From NCBI RefSeq assembly GCF_030144855.1, contig NC_082710.1, positions 145,142,001-145,206,000 of the forward strand: a stretch of DNA of 64,000 nt, read 5' to 3'. How positions within the stretch are numbered: the stretch's first letter is position 1; each line of letters opens with the position of its first letter. The notes under the pieces were generated by a model. That model searched no databases and was not told the origin of the DNA. It was given only the letters and a program-made list of their open reading frames with translations. A program made the translations under genes and the position numbers. Source of the stretch: Hypanus sabinus (taxonomy: Eukaryota). Positions 1-10,443 of the stretch are shown one piece after another.

Positions 1-152
1 AACTACTAAATATGTCAGGGATGGGGTAAGAAGGGGAGGAGGGGCATTAACTGAAGTTAGAGAAGTCAATGTTCGTGCCATCAGGTTGGAGGCTACCCAG
101 CCGGTATATAAGGTGTTGTTCCTCCAACCTGAGTGTGGCTTCATCTTGACAG
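1..152 (-). mobile_element. Penelope-like element fragment (GIY-YIG C-terminal region)
   Basis: YCQDEATLRLEEQHLIYRLGSLQPDGTNIDFSNF, homologous to the 6265-6591 ORF. Confidence 0.8.
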
Positions 153-194
153 TAGAACCTGTGATTGGACTTGCAGTTGGAGAGGACAGAGAAA

Positions 195-500
195 AGCAGA
201 ACTGCCACCACAAAGCTCCAGAGATCCGGGTTCGATCCTGACCTTGGGTGCTGCCAGCACGTTCTTCCTGTGACTCTGCAAGGGTTTTCCCAAGGTGCTC
301 TGGTTTCCTCCCATATCCTACAGACATGCAGGTCAGCAGGCCTCTGTAAATTATCTCTGTCTCCAGTGTTTAGGTTAGTGTTAGAACTTAAGGAGAGTTG
401 ATAGGAATGTGGGAGAATAGATAACAAGGAAATAAATTGTCTGTAATTTTTCTGAGAGCCAGCATTGATCTGATTGGCCAAGTGGCCTCTTTTTAAGCTA
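195..500 (+). mobile_element. tRNA-derived SINE (HE1/V-SINE-like)
   Basis: B-box GGTTCGATCC followed by the ..gttcttcctgtgac..gggttttcc..ggtgctctggtttcctccca core. Similar copies at ~13370-13590, 16365-16440, 23405-23680, 32540-32790(-), 46350-46620(-), 49210-49470. Confidence 0.7.
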
Positions 501-1433
501 TCTGAAAATATGAGTACTCCCCTAATCTATATGGACAGCAGGATCAGTTCCATGAGGAACCTCTGTTGCCAAAGCTTAAATGTAGACGCGGTATGTAGCT
601 TTAATTAACAATTTCCTTCTCTTGCTGATTCACCTAATGGACAAGACGGGACCCATTAGGCAAATTCAATTACTCCCTCATACAGAAATACCCTAAATTC
701 ATCGTATAGCACTAGGACATTAAACACACGCTAGTTTCTTAGAGTTAATTGACATCAGGGCTACAGACCATTAAAGTCAGTTTTACAACCAATTGTACAC
801 GAGCAGCAAGAAGTACTGGGTACGTTTTACCCGCACTATACCTGGCAACAATACGCTCACGGAGAAAACGTGACTGAGAATCGCAGCAGTTTGATGTTAA
901 TCCGATGAGCAGTCACTCTGTAGGTTAGGGAGACAACTCTTTTGTTTGCACTCAGTCAGCCTCTTCAAAAGTCTGCTCACACTGTTCTCCATGGTTAGAG
1001 TTATAAGGGCATTGAGAAATACAGTATGAAAACAGACCCTTCACCCCACCGAGCATCAACCACATGCAATCGGACTAATTCTCCAAACGAGGACCCTCCC
1101 CAACCTGGAGAACACATATCAACAAGCTCAAGAGCAGTTGCATTCTAACTGTTCAAGATGGATTCTTGACCTCACTATTTAACTCATTCTGATCTTCCAC
1201 CTTATTATCTACCGGCACTGCACTTTCTCTGCAGCTATACTCTATTCTGCGTTCCGTTACTGTTTTACCTTGCATTATCTCAGTTGATCTGTATGAAGAG
1301 TGTCCAAAACAAGCTTTTCATTCCATCAAAGTACATGTTAATAATAGACGAATTCCAATGAAGACTAATGGTTGCATACAGAAAGACCTCATCAATGCAC
1401 ATTCAAAAAAAGTGGCAAGTCACACTCACTAAA

Positions 1434-1993
1434 GTGTGTCACTCCCTCGTTACCTCACATTGACAGCATGCTGCTCCCTCGGTACCACATACTGAGTGTG
1501 TCACTCCCTCAGTACCACACACCGATGGTGTGTCTCTCCCTCAGTACCACACACACCGACAGTGTGTCACTCCCTCGGTACCACACACCGACAGTGTGTC
1601 GCTCCCTCGGTACCACACACACCGACGGTGTGTCACTCCCTCGGTACCACACACACCGACGGTGTGTCACTCCCTCGGTACCACACACACCGACGGTGTG
1701 TCACTCCCTCGGTACCACACACCAACGGTGTGTCACTCCCTTGGTACCACACACCAACGGTGTGTCTCTCCCTCGGTACCACACACCGACGGTGTGTCAC
1801 TCCCTTGGTACCACACACACCGACAGTGTGTCGCTCCCTCGTTACCACACACCAACGGTGTGTCTCTCCCTCGGTACCACACACCGACGGTGTGTCACTC
1901 CCTTGGTACCACACACACCGACAGTGTGTCGCTCCCTCGTTACCACACACCGACATTGTGTCGCTCCCTCAGACCACACACCAACAGTGTCTC
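1434..1993. repeat. Minisatellite, ~18 units of 30-32 bp (CACAC[AC]CGACGGTGTGTCACTCCCTCGGTAC)
   Basis: Direct tandem repeats visible; explains the repetitive ORFs in all frames. One inverted copy at 2445-2492. Confidence 0.95.
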
Positions 1994-4090
1994 TTTTTTT
2001 CCTATTTAAAATATTTTTATTACAAATTCAGGGTTATATATACAAACCAGTAACTAACACAACTACTTCACTACAAATAGACAATACACATTAAACCAAA
2101 ATGTTTCCATCTCTGTCAATGATGGCAATTACCCCCCCCCCCCCCCCCCACCGCAGATCCCAACAGTCCTGGAACCCCCATATGGTCACCTGTACTGCGC
2201 ATGTTCCTTCTCAATATTTACCTGGGCATGAACGTACCCCCTAAACTTTGCCAGTCAGTCTACCCGGGCAGATCCTCTTGCCACTCATTTCCAAGACCCT
2301 CAGACTGCTCTTTTCACCAGCCCCAGAAGCACAATGACAAGGACATCCTCATCCCTTCATGCCCCCTCCTTACTGGATGACTATATATAAATTGGATGGG
2401 GCTAAAATGCAGCCAGAAGGTGAAAAGCAGCCCACGCAAATAAGTCGGTGTGTGGTACTGAGGGAGCGACACACTGTCGGAGTGTAGTACTGATTTTTTT
2501 TTACAGTCTGCCCGGGCAGATCATCCCACCACCCGTTTCCAAGATCCACGGATGTCTTGATTTCGCCAGCCCCAGGAGCAAGTTGACAAGGACATCAACA
2601 TTGCTCCGTGCCCCCTCCTTACTGGATGACCGTGTATAAATAGGGTGGGGATAAAATACAACCAGGAGGCGAGAAGCAGCCTACGCAGATATGTACAAAA
2701 GGGGCTGGCTGCAGCCTCACACACTCCATATACGTGGTACACGGTCTCCTCCAGCCCGCAGAAGTGACATATGGCTGGGAGATCTGTGTACAAACTTGAG
2801 AACTTAGTGCAGGGCACTGCTCTATGCAGCAGCCTCCACCCCAGATCCCCCAGGTGCACAGGAAGAACCCTCTCATAAAGAGACTTCCATTGGGGACCTC
2901 CCTCACCTCCAGGTGGAAAGACTGACTGTCATGGCGTTTCGGGACAGTGGACAAGGTCTTGGAAGTGGAGGATGTGGAGCAGCAGCCCATATAGATACCT
3001 CCTACTTGCATCCCTAAATGGGTTTGTGGGTGTCAAGGAGTGACGGCTCAATTTGTGTGGACTCTGCTCTCGTATAAGATCGCGGTGTCTGGACCCGACA
3101 AGCAGCTCAGCCTGAGTCGTTCCACACACCTGAGCCGCACTGACATCCGTTGAGGTAGGCCAAGGATCAGCAAGGTGTCCACCCTCTGCCAAAGGAGGGG
3201 ATTCCTGGCCTGAGGCAACCACGTTCCAGACTCTCAGTAGGTCCTGATAGAAGCTGGGCAGACTCCGCAAAGCAGCACGGCTGACTTCTGCCAGTGGTAG
3301 CCGCATATCTTCGTGAAGACAGCAACCCCTCTAAAGGAAGAATGTCGCCAACACGTGCCACCTGGGAGGGTGCTTGGCGTACAGGAATCTGCAGGGTCCT
3401 GAGGTGGAGAGCCACCAGTCGCATACGTATACACACCAGTGATTGCCCGCCCTCTCCCACTGGGAGACTCAAGACCGCTATGGGGACCCAGTGTTTCCTG
3501 TTACCCCATAAGTCCATAAACTTCCTGGGCATTCTCGTGACAAAGGCGGCAGGAGGGGCCAAGGTGACCATCTGGTACCACAACATGGAGGCCAACAGCT
3601 GGTTTATGGCCACCACCCTGCCTTGATAGGAATGCACCCTGAGAAGGGCTGACCAGCGCCCCAGCTGGGCCATGACTTTCTTCTCCAGATCCTGCCAGTT
3701 TGCCAGCCAGGTCTCCCCAGAAGGACTCAGGTAGACTTCCAGGTAGAGAAGATGCCTGGTGTTCCACTCAAAAGCACTCATCTCCTCACAGGCTACAGAG
3801 TGGTGTGTGGGGCTACAGCCTCAGACACTCCTTATACACGTGGTACACGGTCTCCTCCAGCCTGCAGAAGTGACATGCGGCTGGGAGATCCATATACAAA
3901 CTAAAGAATTTATTACAAGACACAGCTCTATGCAGCAGCCTCCACCCCAGATCCCCCAGGTGCATGGGAAGAACTCCCTCGTAAAGGGACTTCCATTGGG
4001 GACCCCCCTCACTTCCAGCTGGAAAGACCAACTGCCATGGTGTGTCAGGATGGTGGACAAGGGCAAGGAAGTGGAGGGTGTGGAGCAGTT
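1994..4090 (-). mobile_element. Three stacked Tx1/L1-clade non-LTR retrotransposon fragments (~1994-2444, ~2494-3790, ~3810-4090)
   Basis: Decayed ORF2 post-RT region (YLEVYLS...W...LSYQGRVVAINQLLASMLWY, HWV...LPVGEGGQSLV) and C-terminal CCHC motif (GDLGWRLLHRAV...CHFCGLEETVYHVY..C). AATAAA (minus, 2016-2021) and A-tail (T-run 1994-2000). Confidence 0.8.
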
Positions 4091-4330
4091 ATTATGCAGA
4101 AAGTTTGAAGTTAATAACTCATCCCCTTCTACCTTAGACCACGAATTTATCAATCACCCCGATGAGTTACTAACTTCAAACTTTCTGCATAATCACTCAA
4201 AGAGCTGAACTGCACGTGCATGTAATGAGGTCTGTAAAACTCATCCCCTTCTACCTTAGACCACGAACTTATCAAAATTACCCCTGCTGTGGACACTTTC
4301 GGGAGGTCCAATCCATATGTTCCACGACCA
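4091..4330. mobile_element. Rearranged mariner-like MITE fragment with a 33-bp inverted repeat
   Basis: Arms 4091-4123 and 4161-4193; 4116-4160 repeated at 4238-4284. The GGGGTGATTGATAA.. motif resembles mariner-type TIRs (from memory). Confidence 0.55.
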
Positions 4331-4339
4331 TCACATTTG

Positions 4340-4790
4340 CAGAAAGGGAGGATGTCGTGGAGAGATCATCTACTGAGTCAGTGTGGGTGAAAGTCAGAAA
4401 CAGGAAGGGAGGAGCAGATCAAATGAAATGGTTCAATTTAATATCAGAGAAGATATACAGTATACAACCTGAAATTCTTACTGTTCACAGACATCCACAA
4501 AACAAGAAACCCCACTGTAGGCAGATATTGGAAGGGTACATAAATAACACTGTCGTAGTCATAGATAACTTCAACTGCCCTAATATTGAGTAGCACCTCC
4601 TTAGTACTAGAGGTTCAAATGGAGCAGAATTTATTAGGTGTGTCCAGGAAGGATTCCTGATGTAACATGTGGACAAGCAAACTAGAGGAGAGGACATACT
4701 GGATCTGATACAAGGCAATGAACCTGGTCAAGCGACATATCTCTTGGTGCGTGAACATTTCAGGAACAGTGACCATAACTCCCCATGAAT
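4340..4790 (+). mobile_element. CR1 LINE endonuclease-domain fragment
   Basis: TESVWVKVRNRKG ... VVVIDNFNCPNI ... LDLI..NE ... SDHN motifs, frameshifted. Confidence 0.7.
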
Positions 4791-6114
4791 CTATAAGTCT
4801 GCTGGAGGCTAAAGAATGCCTGAAGAATGTCTGCTGGGGTTAAAGGACTGTGTATGTGTTTTAGGTATGGAGGGAGGAACAGGGCCTGTTTTACTCATTG
4901 CTTGTACGTTCTGTTTTGTTGTCTGTGTTGTTCTGCCCAGCATTGTGGCTATTAGGCTCTAAAATGAGTCAGCCTTTCACCAGGGAAGTGATGACATTCT
5001 CCTGTTAGACTGTTTGAGGTAACTTTTTACTTATTCTTTCTTACTTCTCTTCTAATATTTGAACATTTGTGTATCTGTGCACTTGCAATGCTACTGTGAC
5101 ACCGTAATTTCCCTTGGGATTGTTGAAGTATCTATCTATCTATGCCACATTGGCACCAGAATGTGGGGCAACATGTGGGCTGTCCACAGCAATATCCTTG
5201 TGTGTGTTGGCTGTTAACACAAATGACAAATGTATGTTTTGATGTCCGTGATAACTGAATCAATCTGAATCGGAATAAGGTAGCCAAGGAGGAGCTTAAG
5301 AAGGGACTTAGGAGAGCAAGAAGGGGAAATGAATAGGCCCTGGCAAGTAGGATTAGGAAAACCCCCCAAGTCATTCCACACAACATGTAGATTCTGTAGA
5401 AGAGAAGACGACTAAAGTGAGGGTAGGACCAATCAGGGACTGAAGTTGAAACATGCATGGAGTTGGAGGAGATAGGGGAGATCCTTAATGAATACTTTAC
5501 TTCAGTATTCACCAGTGTGATGGACTTGGATGATTGTAAGGTCAGTGTGGAACAGACTAACATGCTGGAGCATGTCAAGATTAAGAAAGTGGCAGTGTTG
5601 GAACTTTTGAAAATCGCCAGGATATACAAGTTCCAAGGTAGGGCAGGATACTACAGGAAAGGGAGGACTTTGGAGACAATGGCACCTAATGACAACTCCT
5701 TTGCTTGCATCTTCAGAACCAGTTCTATTTCCATCTTTAATATCTCTATTTTTCCCTTTCAGAGTTCTTTTGAAGACCCTGACCTGGAGACACATGCTGA
5801 CTTTGGTTCTTTGCAGGAATGGGACCCGCTCTCAGGGTCTCACAACTGGCAATTATTCAATATATCAAGGACGCGGCCTAGAAGACTAGCTTGCCTTCGG
5901 AGTTCTGGGATTTTGTGGCTCTGAAGGCAGGTGGACTTTGCAGGAAATCGGAGTGTCATGGGAGATGGAAGATCTCTAGCTGTATGCCCAGAGACCCGAG
6001 TTCTTTGGGCACAGAGCACAGAAGAAGCGACACAGTGGACTTTTAACATCGTAAATCAGTGAGTTGTTTGTTATGTCTCCCCTCTCACTGTAAACCTGAA
6101 ACACCTATACTTTT

Positions 6115-6922
6115 TGCAGGGATCGTTCCCCCCACAACTGCCTGGTCCACACGTCTCTCCCCACAGATCTCCCACCTGGCACTTATCCCTGCAAGCATAA
6201 GTGCTACACCTGTCCCTACACCTCCTCTATTACTACCATTCAGGGCCCCAAACAGTCCTTCCAGATGAGGCAGCACTTCACTCGTAAGTCTGTAGGGGTA
6301 ATCTATTGCATCTGGTGCTCCCGGTGCAGCTTCCTCTACATCAGCGAGACCCAACGCAGACTAGGGGACTGCTTCATTGAGCACCTCCACTCCGTCCGCC
6401 ACAACAGACAGGATCTCCTGGTTGCCACCCACTTCAACTCTGCTTCACATTTCCATTCGGATATGTCCATATATGGCTTCCTCTACTGCCATGATGAGGC
6501 CAAACTCAGGTTGGAGGAGCAACACCTCATGCACTGTCTGGGTAGTCTCCAGCCCCTTGGCATGAGCACTGAAGTCTCCAACTTCCAGTAATTCCCTCCC
6601 TCTCCCTTCCACCATCTCACTTTCTCTCTGCCTCCTCTTCTAGCTGCCTATCACCTCTCATAATTCTGCCTTCTTCTACTACCCATAGTGCTTTCCCATT
6701 AAATTCCTTCTTCACCTCTCCTGCCTATCTCCTCCCTCCTTCCTTCCCCTCCCCCATCAACCTTTCCTCTGATCGGTTTTTCACCTGGCACCTTCCACCC
6801 TCCCCCAACCTTCTTTATAGGGCCCCTGCCCCCTCCTTCTTCAGTCCCGAAGATGGGTCTCAGCCCGAAATGTTGACTGCTCATTTCAACGGATGCTGCC
6901 CAACCTGCGGAGTTCATCTAGC
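6115..6922 (+). mobile_element. Penelope-like element 3' part (GIY-YIG endonuclease + pLTR with degenerate hammerhead)
   Basis: ORF 6265-6591 GVIYCIWCSRCSFLYISETQRRLGDCFIEH...LEEQHLMHCLGSLQPLG; pyrimidine-rich tail; HHR-like motif 6843-6878. Confidence 0.85.
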
Positions 6923-6924
6923 TT

Positions 6925-7670
6925 TAGAACATACAAGGTAAATGGTAGGGCACTGAGGAGTGCAGTAGAACAGAGGGATCTGGGAATACAGGTACAAAAT
7001 TCCCTAAAAGTGGAGTCACAGATAGATAGGGTAGTAAAGAGAGCTTTTGGTACATTGGCCTTTATAAATCAAAGTATTGAGTATAAGAGTTGGAATGTTA
7101 TTGGTGAGGTTGCATAAGGCATTGGTGAGGCTAAATTTGGAGGATTGTGTGCAGCTTTGGTCACCAAATTACAGGAAGGATATTAATAAGGTTGAAAGAG
7201 TGCAGAGAAGGTTTACAAAGATGTTGCCGGGACTTGAGAAACTGAGTTACAGAGAAAGGTTGAATAGGTTAGGGCTTAATTCCCTGGAGCATAGAAGAAT
7301 GAGGGGAGGTTTGATAGAGGTATATAAAATATTGATGGGTATAGATACAGTGAATGCAAGCAGGCTTTTTCCACTGAGGCTAGGGGAGAAAAAACCCCAG
7401 AGGACATGGGTTAAGGGTGAAGGGGAAAAAGTTTAAAGGGAACATTAGGGGGGGGGCTTCTTCACACAGAGAGTGGTGGGAGTGTGGAATGAGCTGCCAG
7501 ATGAAGTGGTAAATGTGGGCTCACTTTTAACATTTATGAAAAACTTGGATAGGTACATGGAGGGATATAGTCCAGGTGCAGGTCAGTGGGACTGCGCAGA
7601 AAAATGGTTCAGCACAGCCAAGAAGGGCCAAAAGGCCTGTTTCTGCGCTGTAATGTTCTATGGTTTTGCC
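6925..7670 (+). mobile_element. CR1 LINE 3' end (post-RT ORF2 and 3'UTR)
   Basis: QRDLGIQV...LHKALVRLNLEDCVQLWSPNYRKDINKVERVQRRFTKMLPGLEKLSYRERL; TTCTATG-type tail. Confidence 0.9.
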
Positions 7671-9895
7671 ATATAATTCCTAAATGGATATTGAACCCAT
7701 GAACACCACCTAACTTTCTTTAAAAAATATTATTTCTGTTTTTGCACTATTATACATTATTATACATACAAATTATACATCTATTATACATATATTCACA
7801 CTTACTGAAATTGGTTTACTCATTTTTTCTTTCCATATTATCCTGTATTGCATTGTACTGCTGCTGCTAAGTTAACAAATTTCACAACATGCTAGTGATA
7901 GTAAACCTGATTCTGATGGATAAAATGAGCAGCAGGAAGATCTGTGAACAGAGGACACAGGGTGAAGATGACTGGCTGAGAGAAGAGAAGGGAAACATCT
8001 TTACTGAGCAAATTGACGTAATCTGGAGCCCACTGCCCTGGTAGGGTGGTGGAAGCAGATTCAACAGGAACTTTCAAAGCAGCAACCACTGGGAAAGTGA
8101 AAACATCATTGGGACCTCTCGCCTTGCATACCTGCTGCCGCCGCATTCCCCCCCCGCCGAGTCAGGGCATATCAGAAATGCTGCAAACAAAGTGCTTACA
8201 GCATGGTCAAAGAGCCCTCCCATCTTCAAAGTTTCATCCACCACAGCCCATGCACAAAGCCTTGCCGACTCCTCCTAATCAGGCTGCCTATTTAAATTCT
8301 GGTAGATCCTGTTCCTCAAAATTACCTTGAGTAACTTTCCTACCACTGATGTCAGGCTGACCATCCTGTAGTCCCCAGGTTGCTCCTTGATATCCTTAAA
8401 CAGTGGAACAAATTTAGTCACCTTTCAGTCTGCAGGAGTTTTACACCAAGGGGAATGTTTAATTTTAAAAAAACCCACCCAGAGGCTCATATCTGTTGTC
8501 AGCCAGGTCTACCCTTCACCCTAACAGGAACATACTGCCGCTGGACTATTCTGTAAATTACCAAACTTAATGTGTTTACTTAGACAATATAAATCAAAAA
8601 CACTAAATTTAATGGCCCTTGTTTTGCCGGAATTCAAATTAAATTTCTAGACATAAAGTTCAATACATCAAAATGGAAGAATGCTTCAAGCAAACCTGCA
8701 ATTCAGATTTGATAATTATGAAAGTGTTCCAGGATACTTGAAAGACATATTTTTATTGCTGCTGAATAAATACTTTCATTTGGACTCAAGTAGTTTAAAT
8801 GAAACTGCTAGAGCTGTTTTCTTAATGAGCTGACGATCATTGAGTATTCAAGTCCATCAAATGCATGATGTCTTGCTGTGATACACGGAGATGAATGTTT
8901 CAAGGAAGGCAGCAAGCATTGACAACCTAATTATTGTGATCCATAGCAACAACTCACTTCAACATATCTGTCTGCATCTGTACTCAGGGGCAGAATAGTC
9001 AGCGGTCCCGTGGAAGGACTGGTTAAATTCTTGACCAATGTAAAGCCCTTCACCTTCTGACCAGTTGTGGTTGAGCAAGCTGTAGCCACACCACAGATCA
9101 GAAGACCATGGGTTCACAACCCACTGCACTGACCCCAGCCCAAAATCCAGGCTGACATGCCGCATACTACTGAGGGAACACTGCTTCCAGAAGCAGCGAA
9201 ACCTGTCTGCTCCTTCCAGTGAATGTACGAAAATCCATGAACCACCTGCAGAGGGGTCAAGTCCATTACAGTAACCTACCAAAATGATCTAGTTATAATC
9301 TTGCAGCTCACCTGATATAGCATGGAAGATACCCCCACCCCCCTAAACTAGTCTCATTTTCTTGTGTTTCACTCAAACCTTCTGAAGGTTTCCTATTCAT
9401 TTCCTTATCCAAATGTCTTTTAAATATCGTTATTGTATCTGACTCAACTACTCTCTCTGGCAGCTCTTTTCATAAATGCACCACCCTCAGCATTGCCCCT
9501 CAGGTCTCTTTTAAACCATTGCATTCTCACATTAGAACTGTACCCTCTAGTTTTAGGTTCTGTTTCACTGTGAAAAGATTATGCATTCACTCAGTCTATG
9601 TGCATGATGATTTAATAAACCTCATTAAAGAGACTGAGGAGTAACCTATGAATAAGGTCCGAGTCTGTCCAACTACTCTTTATAATTCAAGCCCTCGTGT
9701 CCCGGCAATGCTCTTGCAAATCTTCTTTGCACTCTTTTCAGCTTAAAGACATCTTTCTTATAAGTGAACAAAACTGCACAACAGTACTCAAGTGTGGCCT
9801 CAATAACATCTTAAACAACTGCACCATCTCACTGTGTTCAGTTGGCTACCACAATTCCTACATCTTTTATTTCAAAAATGATTTCTTTGGATATA

Positions 9896-10443
9896 CACTC
9901 AGCAGGCACTTTATTAGGTACCTCCTGTAGTTAATAAAGTGACTACAGTGTATAGTTGTGGGCTTCTGCTACTGTAACCCATCCACTTCAAGGTTAGACA
10001 TATGCATTCTAAGATGCTTTTCTCCACACTATTGTTGTAACACATGGTTATTTGAGTTTTTGTGGCTTCCTGTCAGCTTGAACCAGTCTGGACATTCTCC
10101 TCTGACCCTTCTCATTAACAAGGATTTTTACCCACAGAACTGCCACTCATTGGATTTTTTTTTTTGCACCATTCTTTGTAAACTCTAGAAACTGTTGTGT
10201 GTGAAAATCCCAGGAGATCGGCAGTTTCTGAGATACTCAAACCACCCCATCTGGCACCAACAATCATTCCATGATCAAAGTCACTTAGGATCAAATTTAT
10301 TTCCCATTCTGATGCTTGGTCTGAACAACAATTGAACTTCTTAACCATGTTTGCATGCTTTTATGCATTGAGTTGCTGCCACATGATTGACTTATTTGAT
10401 ATTTGCATTAACGAGGTGTACCTAATAAAGTGGCCACTGAGTG
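9896..10443 (-). mobile_element. Non-autonomous Tc1-like DNA transposon
   Basis: TIRs CACTCAG..GCACTTTATTAGGTAC / GTACCTAATAAAGTGGCCACTGAGTG, preceded by TA. Residual transposase N-terminal HTH (LSDFDHGMIVGARWGGLSISETADLLGFSHTTVSRVYKEW). Confidence 0.85.

Noticed and set aside
1434-1993. CRISPR-like array (palindromic ~31-bp repeats)
   Set aside because: Units are head-to-tail with no unique spacers, no cas genes, and the context is a vertebrate intron.
1372-2094. His/Thr/Pro-rich ORFs of 107-240 aa in several frames
   Set aside because: Artefact of the stop-free minisatellite.
8958-9080. Possible extra minus-strand exon (GTGAGT donor near 8957, cag acceptor near 9080)
   Set aside because: No frame resembles NALCN exon 11 or any protein I recognise.
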